Of a stretch of 64,000 nt of DNA, positions 31,701 to 39,930 are shown piece by piece (the first letter of the stretch is position 1; every line of letters begins with the position of its first letter). Under the pieces are notes generated by a model. That model did not search any database. It was not told where the DNA came from and saw nothing but the letters and a program-made list of their open reading frames with translations. The DNA lies in assembly GCA_031254195.1 (NCBI GenBank), contig JAIRUW010000031.1, forward strand, positions 29,922-93,921, in the 5' to 3' direction. The stretch comes from Oscillospiraceae bacterium. Its GTDB lineage: Bacteria > Bacillota > Clostridia > Oscillospirales > UBA929. Position numbers and translations under genes: made by a program.

Positions 31701-33014
31701 GCTGCGGCGCTGTCCGGGCGGCTGCGGCGCGGCGCGGCGCCGGCTGGGATGCCGTATACGTTTGTTCGCAAAGAGTTTACGCAGAAGATGAAGAAAAAGC
31801 ACACCATCCTCGCGCCGCAGATGTCTCCGGTGCATTTCGAGCTGCTGGAGGCGCTGTTTCGGCATGATGGGTACGATTTTCACATCCTCAAGACGGTGGA
31901 TCACCAGGACATCGAAATGGGCCTGCGTTTTGTCAACAACGACGCTTGCTATCCCACCATTGTCGTTATCGGCCAATTGATGCGTGCCATGCTGTCGGGG
32001 GAATATGACCCGGATAATACGTCTGTTTTCTTAACACAGACAGGCGGCGGCTGCCGCGCCACCAACTATGTCGCGCTGCTTCGCCGGGCCCTGCGGGAGG
32101 CGGGGCTGGGGCAGGTCACGGTCGTGGCGTTGTCGTTGGGCGGGATTGAAAAAAACTCCGGCATCAAATGGACCATCCCGATGATCGACGGCGCGCTGAA
32201 ATCGTTTGTATTGGGCGACCTGCTGCAAAACGTCCTGCTGCGCACACGCCCTTACGAAAAAGAAGAAGGCAGCGCCAACGCCCTTTACCGCAAGTGGCTG
32301 GACGGCTGTGTGGAAATGTTTTTGAAAAACGGGGGGCTGAACCTCTCCCGCACGGCGGAGCGCATCGTCGCGGACTTTGAAGCCCTGCCTTTCAAAGACA
32401 TCCCCCGCAAACCCCGCGTGGGCCTTGTGGGCGAGATATTGGTCAAATTCCACCCAGACGCCAACAACAACGCCGTCGCCGTCATCGAACGCGAGGGGTT
32501 TGAGGCGGTCGTACCCGGCATCGTCGGTTTTTTCCAGTATATCTTCCTCAACGGCGTCGTCAAGCATGACATCCTGGGCACCTCCGGCGTGACCGCCGCC
32601 ATGATGAATTTGGCTATCCGGCTGGTATACCGCTATGAGAACGCAGTGAAAAAATGGCTGCGCGCCTCTTCGCGGTTCACGCCCGAAGCGTCTATCCACG
32701 AGCTGGCCGAGAAGGCGTCGCATGTCCTCTCCATCGCCAACCAGTGCGGCGAGGGCTGGCTGCTGACCGCCGAGATGATTGAGCTGATCGAGCAAAACGT
32801 GCCCAATATCATCTGCGCCCAGCCGTTCGCCTGTCTGCCCAATCATGTCACCGGCAAGGGGATGATCCGAAAGTTGCGGGAGCTGTTCCCGCAGAGCAAC
32901 ATCGTCCCCATCGACTACGACCCGGGGGCTTCGGAGGTCAACCAGCTCAACCGCATCAAGCTGATGCTGTCGGCAGCCGCGGCGGGAGGTGATTTTGCTT
33001 GCGAAAAACAGTAA
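28782..33014 (+). CDS. Giant fusion of two BcrAD/BadFG-type ATPase (2-hydroxyacyl-CoA dehydratase activase-like) modules with dehydratase-like/DUF2229-type domains
   Basis: 1410 aa. It has duplicated actin-fold ATPase N-termini ('GIDIGSTTIKAVLL', 'GVDAGSTTIKAVLT') and 'GGQDMK' / 'GGEDAK' motifs. The long C-terminal region has conserved Cys patterns ('NSFGCGLDA', 'QTGGGCRATNY', 'QPFACLPNH'). Confidence 0.8.
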   Translation: MEYRLGIDIGSTTIKAVLLDGNDAILYSRYRRHRSDVSKEMALLFDEIAEDLPEITATVRMTGSAGLGAATALNLPFMQEVAAGTRAVHRFVPGADVVIELGGEDAKITFMKPVVSQRMNGTCAGGTGAFIDQMAALLQTDAAGLNKLAKEYTSLYSIASRCGVFAKSDMQPLLNEGAGHADLAASVLQAVVNQTIAGLACGQPITGRVVFLGGPLTYMSELRGAFERTLADAGCEFVTPRHAEIFIALGAALGSDGEPMLLSELPGRLQNAGAIDADIPRMEPLFASKEELQDFQSRHARARALRGDISGAEGPCFLGVDAGSTTIKAVLTERDGQILYTYYSKNEGAPLPRAAEALREIYQNLPPKAYVGGVTVTGYGEQLLKTALRADRGEIETVCHTRAAQAFAPDVDFILDIGGQDMKCLRIRDGLLDSVLLNEACSSGCGSFVQTFAEALGLSVADFAVRALDAERPVDLGTRCTVFMNSRVKQAQKEGASIGDISCGLSYSVVRNALFKVIKLQSPEQMGKTILVQGGTFYNDAILRCFERVAGVEVIRPDVAGLMGAYGAALIASDSYTAGARSSVIAADSLDEIQPQKVAQVACMACTNACKLTVSTFAGGRRLISGFRCEKGEGKSADSGLPNLMEEKYDRLFSYKPLDPDKAPNGCIGLPRALNMYENYPLWHTFFTELGFSAVLSRGSDHTLFEEGMSTIPSESICYPAKLAHGHIHDLLKRGVKTVFYPCVTYERKENEAAGNYYNCPIVQSYPEVIDANMDILKKSGAVLLKPFLSLMHKDKMAKTLTKMLSPWKIPHGKVKRALDLGFAEMDSFRAFLAKRGEETVRWLERTGGTGVVLAGRPYHADPEIHHGLPRMVASLGFAVLTEDSVAHLAPVQRPLRIFDQWMYHTRLYDAAAYVAAHPNLQMVQLNSFGCGLDAVTTDQVQEILSSAGKIYTALKIDEINSLGAARIRMRSLAAALSGRLRRGAAPAGMPYTFVRKEFTQKMKKKHTILAPQMSPVHFELLEALFRHDGYDFHILKTVDHQDIEMGLRFVNNDACYPTIVVIGQLMRAMLSGEYDPDNTSVFLTQTGGGCRATNYVALLRRALREAGLGQVTVVALSLGGIEKNSGIKWTIPMIDGALKSFVLGDLLQNVLLRTRPYEKEEGSANALYRKWLDGCVEMFLKNGGLNLSRTAERIVADFEALPFKDIPRKPRVGLVGEILVKFHPDANNNAVAVIEREGFEAVVPGIVGFFQYIFLNGVVKHDILGTSGVTAAMMNLAIRLVYRYENAVKKWLRASSRFTPEASIHELAEKASHVLSIANQCGEGWLLTAEMIELIEQNVPNIICAQPFACLPNHVTGKGMIRKLRELFPQSNIVPIDYDPGASEVNQLNRIKLMLSAAAAGGDFACEKQ

Positions 33015-33601
33015 AGATTATCGCGCTGTGCCTATGTGCGGAGCTGGCGGTTTTTGGCATAGCGTTCGGCATAAGTTGTATTCCGCGGCATATCCAGCGG
33101 GAGATTACAGGGATTGAGGTGCTGTTGGGCGGCAGCGCGGACGCACAGTACACAGGAGAGTTTATTCCGCTTGAAACAAGAGAGGTGACTGTGCGCATAG
33201 ATGGCTGGCTGCAAGACAGATGGTTTGCGGATCCGCGCTATAAGGGAGTGCTTGAGATCGACGGGTATCCTTACACGCAAGACGGCTGGTGGACCGAAAT
33301 CACCTTTAATGCGCGGTATGAATATGGTTGGGTGACTCATTTTCGGGAACCTGTACCATATACAACCCCTGTTCCCCCTAGCTATCCGCTCGGAGTGCTT
33401 TTTACCGACAAGAAGTTTTCATCCCTTTCCATTTGGCTGATGGATGTGCTGGAGGAACAAGGTTATGGCAAATATAGCGGGAAAACGGGAAACTGCGTCA
33501 TAGCGGCCCCCGCGTCGGATTGGCCTATAGCGCGAGATATACTGTATCAGAACAGATTTTTCTGGATAGATCACACAGGAGTATATCGCTATAACAGTTA
33601 G
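32999..33601 (+). CDS. Hypothetical membrane-anchored protein
   Basis: 200 aa with an N-terminal hydrophobic anchor 'IIALCLCAELAVFGIAF'. It overlaps the upstream gene by 16 nt. No family recognised. Confidence 0.55.
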   Translation: MRKTVKIIALCLCAELAVFGIAFGISCIPRHIQREITGIEVLLGGSADAQYTGEFIPLETREVTVRIDGWLQDRWFADPRYKGVLEIDGYPYTQDGWWTEITFNARYEYGWVTHFREPVPYTTPVPPSYPLGVLFTDKKFSSLSIWLMDVLEEQGYGKYSGKTGNCVIAAPASDWPIARDILYQNRFFWIDHTGVYRYNS

Positions 33602-33715
33602 CAACGGCATTTCAATATCTTGTGCATGTAATAGCAAAATTGCCTATATATAGAGCGGTTTTGCCTTATTCGCTGATAATATTGTTAACTTATGATGAAT
33701 TATGTTAACATACGC

Positions 33716-33743
33716 TTGCCAAACCGGGCAAAACCCTGTATAG
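33716..33743 (+). promoter_or_regulatory. Putative promoter of the PucR-family gene (TTGCCA-16 nt-TATAGT), preceded by two GTTAAC sites 14 nt apart
   Basis: The hexamers were read directly. GTTAAC..N14..GTTAAC lies at about 33684-33709. Confidence 0.4.
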
Positions 33744-33771
33744 TATATAATGGTTAAAAGGGGGGATAAGC

Positions 33772-34875
33772 GTGTCCGGCAAGATATTCCAGTCCGCCAT
33801 CGTTGAGATGAAGGAGTCCGCCCCCCGCGCGCTGGGTGTTATCGACGAGGGCGGGGCTGTCGTAGCCTGCTCCGATCCGTCGCTGATCGGCGTCCGCTGG
33901 GACTCTGCGGCCGCGGCGCTGGAGACGGGCGGATCTTTCCGTACGCGAGGGTATACGTTCAAAGCCCTGCGCTGCTCCTCCTCGAGCCTTGAGTTCGCCG
34001 CCTTTGTGCAAGGGGAGGACGATTTGGCGCAAAGCCTGTGCGGGATTGCCGCCGCCGGGCTCAACAGCGCCAAGGACTACTACGACGAAAAGCACGACCG
34101 GGCAACCTTTGTCAAGCATATCATCCTCGACAATGTCCTGCCCGGCGACATCTATATCAAAAGCCGCGAACTCAGCCTTGACGGGCTGAACCCGCGCGCT
34201 GTGCTGTTGGTGCGGCAGACGGGCGACACCGATAACGCCGTCGTTGACGTGCTGAAAGGGCTCTTCCCCGACCGCCGCCGCGATTTTGTCATTTCACTGG
34301 GCGAGAGGGAGACGGCGCTTGTCAAAGAGGTCGAAGGGAACGTCACGTCGGCCGATCTTCGCAAGCTGGCCATAGCCATTGAGGACACCCTGCGCAGCGA
34401 GCTGATGGTGTCCACTGTCATCGGCATCGGCTCGGTCTCCCGGCAGATCAAAGACCTTGCCAACGCTTATAAGGAGGCGCAGGTGGCCATCGAGGTCGGA
34501 AAGGTGTTCGACACGGCCAAAAGCATCGTCACCTACGAAAATCTCGGCCTGGGGCGGCTGATCTACCAACTGCCCACCACCATGTGCGAGATGTTTCTCC
34601 AGGAAATATTCAAGAAAAACAGCATAGACGTCCTCGACCGTGAAACGCTTGATACCATCCTCTGCTTTTTTGACAATTCCCTCAACATCAGCGAGACTTC
34701 ACGGAAGCTCTTTGTCCACCGCAACACACTGGTCTACCGGCTGGAGAAGATTAAGAAGCTGACAGGCCTCGATCTGCGCGAATTTGACCACGCGGTGGTG
34801 TTCAAGGTCGCGCTTATGGTTCACAGATACCTTGCCGCTTCCGGCGGCGATTCGGGAGGTGGTCCCCTACGGTAA
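33772..34875 (+). CDS. PucR/CdaR-family transcriptional regulator
   Basis: 367 aa with the C-terminal PucR-type HTH 'ISETSRKLFVHRNTLVYRLEKIKKLTG'. The start is GTG after the SD AAAAGGGGGG. Confidence 0.8.
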   Translation: MSGKIFQSAIVEMKESAPRALGVIDEGGAVVACSDPSLIGVRWDSAAAALETGGSFRTRGYTFKALRCSSSSLEFAAFVQGEDDLAQSLCGIAAAGLNSAKDYYDEKHDRATFVKHIILDNVLPGDIYIKSRELSLDGLNPRAVLLVRQTGDTDNAVVDVLKGLFPDRRRDFVISLGERETALVKEVEGNVTSADLRKLAIAIEDTLRSELMVSTVIGIGSVSRQIKDLANAYKEAQVAIEVGKVFDTAKSIVTYENLGLGRLIYQLPTTMCEMFLQEIFKKNSIDVLDRETLDTILCFFDNSLNISETSRKLFVHRNTLVYRLEKIKKLTGLDLREFDHAVVFKVALMVHRYLAASGGDSGGGPLR

Positions 34876-35567
34876 GGCTAGTAGACGTATATAAGGCCTA
34901 TGACAACGGCACCAAGGCCCTCAAGGGCGTGACGCTGCGCATCGACGACGGCGAGTTTGTATTTTTAGTGGGGCCGTCCGGCTCGGGCAAATCGACCATC
35001 ATCAAGCTGCTGACCTCGGAGATACGCCCCAGTGAGGGCAAAGTCATGGTCAACGGCTACAACATCAACACCATCAAGCCGAGCGCGGTGCCGATGCTGC
35101 GCAGGACGCTGGGCGTCATATTTCAGGATTTTAGGCTGATCGAGAAGAAGAACATTTTTGAAAACGTGGCCTTTGCCATGCGCGCCGTCGGCGCGTCTCC
35201 CCGGGAAGTCAAGGCGCGGGTGCCGTATGTGCTGGACCTTGTGGGGCTGTCGCACAAGGCGCGGCGGCGGCCGTTTGAGCTGTCGGGCGGGGAGCAGCAG
35301 CGCGTTGCCATCGCGCGGGCATTAATCAACAACCCGATGGTCATCATCGCCGACGAGCCGACCGGCAACCTCGACCCGGCGCGCTCCCTCGAAATCATGA
35401 CGCTTCTGGAGCGCATCAACGCGCTGGGCACGACGGTTTTGGCGGTCACCCATGAGAGGGAGCTGGTCAACCGTTTCGCCAAACGCGTCATCGCCATCGA
35501 CGGCGGGCGCATTGTGAGCGATAAGCAAGGCGGGTATTTTACAAGCGGCCCCGCCGCCCGGCAGTGA
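34869..35567 (+). CDS. ftsE: Cell-division ABC ATPase FtsE. The N-terminus is extended to the homologous position; the first canonical start is GTG 34929.
   Basis: Walker A 'GPSGSGKST', signature 'LSGGEQQRVAIARA' and Walker B 'VIIADEPTGNLD'. The conserved N-terminal strand 'VRLVDVYKAYDNGTKALKG' is encoded in-frame upstream of GTG 34929, with no ATG/GTG/TTG there. Confidence 0.85.
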   Translation, partial: TVRLVDVYKAYDNGTKALKGVTLRIDDGEFVFLVGPSGSGKSTIIKLLTSEIRPSEGKVMVNGYNINTIKPSAVPMLRRTLGVIFQDFRLIEKKNIFENVAFAMRAVGASPREVKARVPYVLDLVGLSHKARRRPFELSGGEQQRVAIARALINNPMVIIADEPTGNLDPARSLEIMTLLERINALGTTVLAVTHERELVNRFAKRVIAIDGGRIVSDKQGGYFTSGPAARQ

Positions 35568-35628
35568 AAGGGAATCCACTTCCCGCCACGCCCGCCGGGC
35601 GCGCGCGGGGTATAACAGGAGCAGGCAA

Positions 35629-36495
35629 ATGAACAGATACGTCATTAGATATTATTTTACGGAGGGCTTCAGGGGCATCTTCCTCCATGCCTTTTCCAGC
35701 TTTGCCGCGGTGGGCGTTATCACCGCCTGCCTGCTGATTATGGGCAGCTTTACTCTCGTCGCCGTCAATGTGCAGGCGATGATTACCGAGCTGGAGCAGA
35801 GCAGCGAGATTGTCATCGATATTGACGAGGCACTGACCGACGCGCTGGCACGCAGCGTCGGCAGCCGCATCAGCGAGATCGACAATGTGCAGCGGGCGGA
35901 GTTCGTCTCCCGTGAGGATACCTACAACTCCTACAGAGAGAAGATGGGAGAAGTCCTGATGCAGGGTATTCTGCCCGACACCTTCTGGCATAAATACAAG
36001 GTGTACCTCGTAGATGTGCAATATGTCGATGATACGGCTGAAAAACTAAGGGGCCTGTCGGGCGTAGCCGATGTGCGGATTGAGCGGGAGGTGCTGAACA
36101 GCCTGGTCTCGATACGGCAGGTCGTGCAGATGGTGTCGCTGGTGCTGATCGTATCGCTGCTGATCGTCTCCCTCTTCATTATGCAGAATACCATCAAACT
36201 GGCCACCTTCGAGCGGCGCGAGGAAATCGCCATTATGCGGGTGGTCGGCGCGACCAAGGGGTTTATCCGCTGGCCGTTCGTCATAGAAGGGTTTATCCTC
36301 GGTCTGCTGGCAGGAATCCTGGCATATTTTACGCAGGTTTTTGCGTATGACCGTTTTGGAGCGGCTCTCGACGAAGTCCAGTTGACCCCCTTTTCCGAGC
36401 TATGGCTCCCCGTTCTGGCGGTCTTTGTCCTGACCGGCTTCTTGGTGGGCATTTTCGGCTCCGTCATGACGATACGGAAATATTTAAGAGCGTGA
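35629..36495 (+). CDS. ftsX: Cell-division permease-like protein FtsX
   Basis: 288 aa with TM1, a large extracellular loop and three C-terminal TM segments. It has 'RREEIAIMRVVGAT' and lies directly downstream of ftsE. Confidence 0.9.
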   Translation: MNRYVIRYYFTEGFRGIFLHAFSSFAAVGVITACLLIMGSFTLVAVNVQAMITELEQSSEIVIDIDEALTDALARSVGSRISEIDNVQRAEFVSREDTYNSYREKMGEVLMQGILPDTFWHKYKVYLVDVQYVDDTAEKLRGLSGVADVRIEREVLNSLVSIRQVVQMVSLVLIVSLLIVSLFIMQNTIKLATFERREEIAIMRVVGATKGFIRWPFVIEGFILGLLAGILAYFTQVFAYDRFGAALDEVQLTPFSELWLPVLAVFVLTGFLVGIFGSVMTIRKYLRA

Positions 36496-36525
36496 GAAAC
36501 ACCGCGGGGTGAACGTAACAAAGAG

Positions 36526-37758
36526 GTGATTTTATTGCAGCGCAACCGTAAACGGATCGCGATGATCGTCGCCATTTTCTTGGCGGCTATGCTGATTTTG
36601 CCCATCCTGATTGCGGGGTTGTCCGGGTTGGCTCCCGAGGCGCAGGGTTCTATCACGCAAAAGGACATCAATGACAGGAAAAAAGAGCTGGAAGCGTTGA
36701 GGGCAAACCGGCAGAAGACGCAGGCCCAAATCAAGGAGCTGAAGGGGCTTCAGGCGGATGTGGTGCAGCGCAAGATGCTGTATGACGAGCAGATTGCCAA
36801 TGTCGAGCTGGACATGGAGCTGACCGCCGAACTGATCGCGCAGCTCAACGCGGACATCTATGAACGCCAGCAGGAACTGGAAGAGGCGAAGGCGCGGGAG
36901 AACGAGCTTCAGGAGCTCTATATCCAGCGTGTCCGCGCGATGGAAAGCATGGGGGAGATCTCCTATTTGAGCATCCTGCTCCAAGCGGAGAGCCTTACCG
37001 ATTTTCTGACACGCTGGGACGCCATGCGGGAGATTATGGCGCGCGACCAGAAGCTGGCAGAGGACCTTTTGGAGTCGCGGCTTGCCATCGAGGAGACGAT
37101 TACGCGTCTTGAGGAGGATAAGAAGGTACAAAACGAGCACAAACGGGAACTGTCTCAATCACAGAGAGAACTGGCCGAGCTGTCGGCAGAAACAGACGCT
37201 ATGATGGTTGAATACCTGGCGGGGATGGCTAAGGCGGAAGCGCAGCTGAAGGATGAGGAAGCGCGGATTGCGAAGGCCCAAAAAGAAATAGAAGATATGG
37301 AAGCGGAATGGAAAAAGATACAGGAAGAGCTGAGGAAGAAAAACAACAAGTTTGTCGGCGGCGAGTATATGTGGCCGGTGCCGGGGCATACCAATATTTC
37401 CAGTGGCCACGGTATGCGTAAGCACCCTGTATATAAAGTGAATAAGCACCACACCGGCATCGACATCCCTGCGCCCAAAGGAACCAATATCGTCGCGGCT
37501 AACAGAGGGGAGATCATCCTCATGACAAGGAGCGGCGGCTACGGCAACTATGTCGTCATAGACCATGGCGGCGGCCAGGCGACGCTCTACGCGCATCTGA
37601 GCGGCTTTGCCAAGGTGAAGGTCGGCCAGCAGGTAAGGGCCGGCGATGTGATCGGCTATATAGGCTCCACAGGCGTTTCAACCGGGAACCATCTGCATTT
37701 TGAAATCAGGAAAAACGGGACGGACGTTGATCCCGTACCTCTATTGACAGGCAAATAG
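36526..37758 (+). CDS. Coiled-coil M23 (LytM-type) peptidoglycan endopeptidase (EnvC/PcsB-like architecture with intact catalytic motifs)
   Basis: It has an N-terminal anchor and about 250 aa of coiled coil. The M23 motifs are 'HTGIDI' (HxxxD) and 'HLHFE' (HxH). The start is uncertain (GTG 36526, TTG 36535 or ATG 36562). Confidence 0.85.
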   Translation: MILLQRNRKRIAMIVAIFLAAMLILPILIAGLSGLAPEAQGSITQKDINDRKKELEALRANRQKTQAQIKELKGLQADVVQRKMLYDEQIANVELDMELTAELIAQLNADIYERQQELEEAKARENELQELYIQRVRAMESMGEISYLSILLQAESLTDFLTRWDAMREIMARDQKLAEDLLESRLAIEETITRLEEDKKVQNEHKRELSQSQRELAELSAETDAMMVEYLAGMAKAEAQLKDEEARIAKAQKEIEDMEAEWKKIQEELRKKNNKFVGGEYMWPVPGHTNISSGHGMRKHPVYKVNKHHTGIDIPAPKGTNIVAANRGEIILMTRSGGYGNYVVIDHGGGQATLYAHLSGFAKVKVGQQVRAGDVIGYIGSTGVSTGNHLHFEIRKNGTDVDPVPLLTGK

Positions 37759-37770
37759 AAGGGATAGAGC

Positions 37771-38976
37771 ATGAAAAAACGTGTAAACATCATAACGGCG
37801 GTTGTGCTGATGGCACTGACAGGGCTTGTGACCTATATCGTCACATTCTCCTTTGTGCGGCTCAATCTTAACCAGCAGCTGGAAGAGTTCAGCAAACAGC
37901 GGCAGGAGCTTGGCTCCTTCTATACCGCTCTCAGCCACCTCGAAAATAATTTTATCGGCGAGGTGGACAAGCAGGTGCTGATACAGGGCGCGATCGACGG
38001 GATGGTAAAAAACACCGGCGACAAATGGTCCCGCTACTATGACCCTGAAGCCTTCCGGGCGTATCTGGAATCACAGGGAAACCAGTATATCGGCGTCGGC
38101 ATAAGGGTGGAGCCTGACGGCGAGGAAGGCATACGGATCGTTGAGGTCATGGCTAGCTCCCCGGCGGAGGAAGCCGCTCTGCGCACGGGCGACGTCATCA
38201 CCCATGTCAACGGCATGGCTGTCGCCGATACAGGCTACAACGGCGCTGTCGCCTCGATAAGCGGCGACGCGTATACGTCCGTTACGCTGACCGTTTCGCG
38301 TCCGAGCGAGGGGGGCGGCAGCTTTACGGTTGACCTGATGCGCCGCACCGTCACGCGCGAACGGGTGATGGCGGGCATCCTCCAAACGGCGGGCGGAAAG
38401 GTTGGGGTAATCAGGATCACCAGCTTTGACGACCGTGTTGACGACGAGTTTATCGAAAAAATCGGCGGACTTTTGGAAGAAAACGTGGACGGCTTGATTT
38501 TCGACGTACGCGACAATCCGGGCGGCAAGCTCAATGTGCTGGAACGCATATTAGATTATCTTCTGCCCGAGGGGGAACTGGCTACACTGCGATATAAAGA
38601 CGGGAGCGTCGATATACGCACATCCGGCCCCGAATGTATAGAGCTGCCGATGGCGGTGCTGATGGACAAGAACAGCGTGAGCGCGGCGGAGCTGTTTGCC
38701 GCCAGCCTCCATGAATACGAGTGGGCTGTCCTTATAGGAGAAAAAACCGGCGGCAAAGGCTACGCGCAGGAGTATTTCCGCCTGTCGGACGGTTCGGGGC
38801 TCTATCTGTCCACCCGCGAATATTTCACCTCCAAGGGGGTTAGCCTCGCCGACTCGGGCCTGATGCCCGATGTGGAAGTCGTCCTTTCCGAAGAAGAGCG
38901 GCAGTATATAAGCACGATGGACCCCACGCTCGACCGCCAGCTTCAGCGGGCGCTGCTTGAATTAAATTACCGCTAA
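37771..38976 (+). CDS. S41 family C-terminal processing peptidase with PDZ domain
   Basis: 401 aa with the PDZ 'GIRIVEVMASSPAEEAALRTGDVI' and the S41 core 'FDVRDNPGG', 'SVSAAELFA' and 'GEKTGGKG'. Confidence 0.87.
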   Translation: MKKRVNIITAVVLMALTGLVTYIVTFSFVRLNLNQQLEEFSKQRQELGSFYTALSHLENNFIGEVDKQVLIQGAIDGMVKNTGDKWSRYYDPEAFRAYLESQGNQYIGVGIRVEPDGEEGIRIVEVMASSPAEEAALRTGDVITHVNGMAVADTGYNGAVASISGDAYTSVTLTVSRPSEGGGSFTVDLMRRTVTRERVMAGILQTAGGKVGVIRITSFDDRVDDEFIEKIGGLLEENVDGLIFDVRDNPGGKLNVLERILDYLLPEGELATLRYKDGSVDIRTSGPECIELPMAVLMDKNSVSAAELFAASLHEYEWAVLIGEKTGGKGYAQEYFRLSDGSGLYLSTREYFTSKGVSLADSGLMPDVEVVLSEEERQYISTMDPTLDRQLQRALLELNYR

Positions 38977-39044
38977 GCGGTATTCTATATCTCTCCCTGT
39001 TTTCATATACTTCTTCCCATACAAATGCTATGGGAGGGAACTAT

Positions 39045-39860
39045 ATGTTTGCTGTGCTTGAAACGGTGACTGTCCCGGCGCGGCGCGGGTGGCCGAGGGG
39101 GAGCCATCATGTCGCCGTACGTGAAAGACCCCGGTATATCAGCGTCACACTCGATATGCCTCTGGGGATACGGGAGGATACACTCCGCAAAAGGGCTTTC
39201 CGCGCGCTCCGCGCCGCAAAAAGTTCCGGGTCGGCGGGCGTTGTCCTGCCCAAGGGGTTTCCGTTCCCCGGCTTGCCGGCGCACTGCGGGCTTGCCGTGT
39301 CCAGCCCCGTCCCGCTGCTTCGCAGGCTTGCGGCGTCCTTGTGCCGGTTCGCGGTGGAAGAGGCGGGCGTCCCGTGGGGGCGCGTCCGGCTGTCGCTGAT
39401 AAACAACCGCTCTACCCCGGAGCTGCTGGTCGCCGCGCAGTCCCTCGCCTCCACCGCGCAGACATTCCACATTGACGCGGGGGAGGATACCGGGGCGGTC
39501 TGCTATCTCCTGCGCAGCCGCTGCGGCGTCCCGGCCGCCGGGCGCCCGGTCAGAGCGGCGGACGGCTTTTGGGACGTATATATCCTGTTTGGGGAGCCTC
39601 CCTCCCAAACGCGGGCGCTTGATGTGCGCGACGGCTCCCTTGTGATCAACCTTAGCGGAGGGACGCCCGCCTTGGCGGGCGGGCAGGTTATCGACGGCGC
39701 GCTGCTGGAGCCGCCGCGCTCGATGTGGAAGGATTGGCCCGCCGGGTGCGACAACGCCGCTATGCTGGCCGCTCTTTTGGCTACCGGGCAGGTCGCCTTG
39801 GGAGACATCAGAATCAGGGGGCTGACCCGCGGAGATACCGCTGTCAATATTCGCAGTTGA
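39045..39860 (+). CDS. Hypothetical protein
   Basis: The + strand frame has a strong G/C third-position bias and an SD (GGGAGGGAA) before ATG 39045. The equally long - strand ORF is rejected. No family recognised. Confidence 0.5.
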   Translation: MFAVLETVTVPARRGWPRGSHHVAVRERPRYISVTLDMPLGIREDTLRKRAFRALRAAKSSGSAGVVLPKGFPFPGLPAHCGLAVSSPVPLLRRLAASLCRFAVEEAGVPWGRVRLSLINNRSTPELLVAAQSLASTAQTFHIDAGEDTGAVCYLLRSRCGVPAAGRPVRAADGFWDVYILFGEPPSQTRALDVRDGSLVINLSGGTPALAGGQVIDGALLEPPRSMWKDWPAGCDNAAMLAALLATGQVALGDIRIRGLTRGDTAVNIRS

Positions 39861-39885
39861 CAAACCCGCGCTTTCCCGCTATACT
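39857..39885 (+). promoter_or_regulatory. Putative greA promoter (TTGACA-17 nt-TATACT)
   Basis: -35 consensus TTGACA lies at 39857-39862 and TATACT at 39880-39885. Confidence 0.55.
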
Positions 39886-39930
39886 TTCACTACTGTTTGA
39901 TGCCATATGGTATCGAAAGGAATGGTTGCC

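Noticed and set aside
39003-39863. 286-aa - strand ORF mirroring the 39045..39860 + strand ORF.
   Set aside because: The + frame shows the G/C third-position bias of the neighbouring genes, has an SD before its ATG, and fits the uniformly + strand context. The - frame product is Arg/Pro/Gly-rich. Neither ORF has homology that I can recognise, so confidence in the + call is only moderate.
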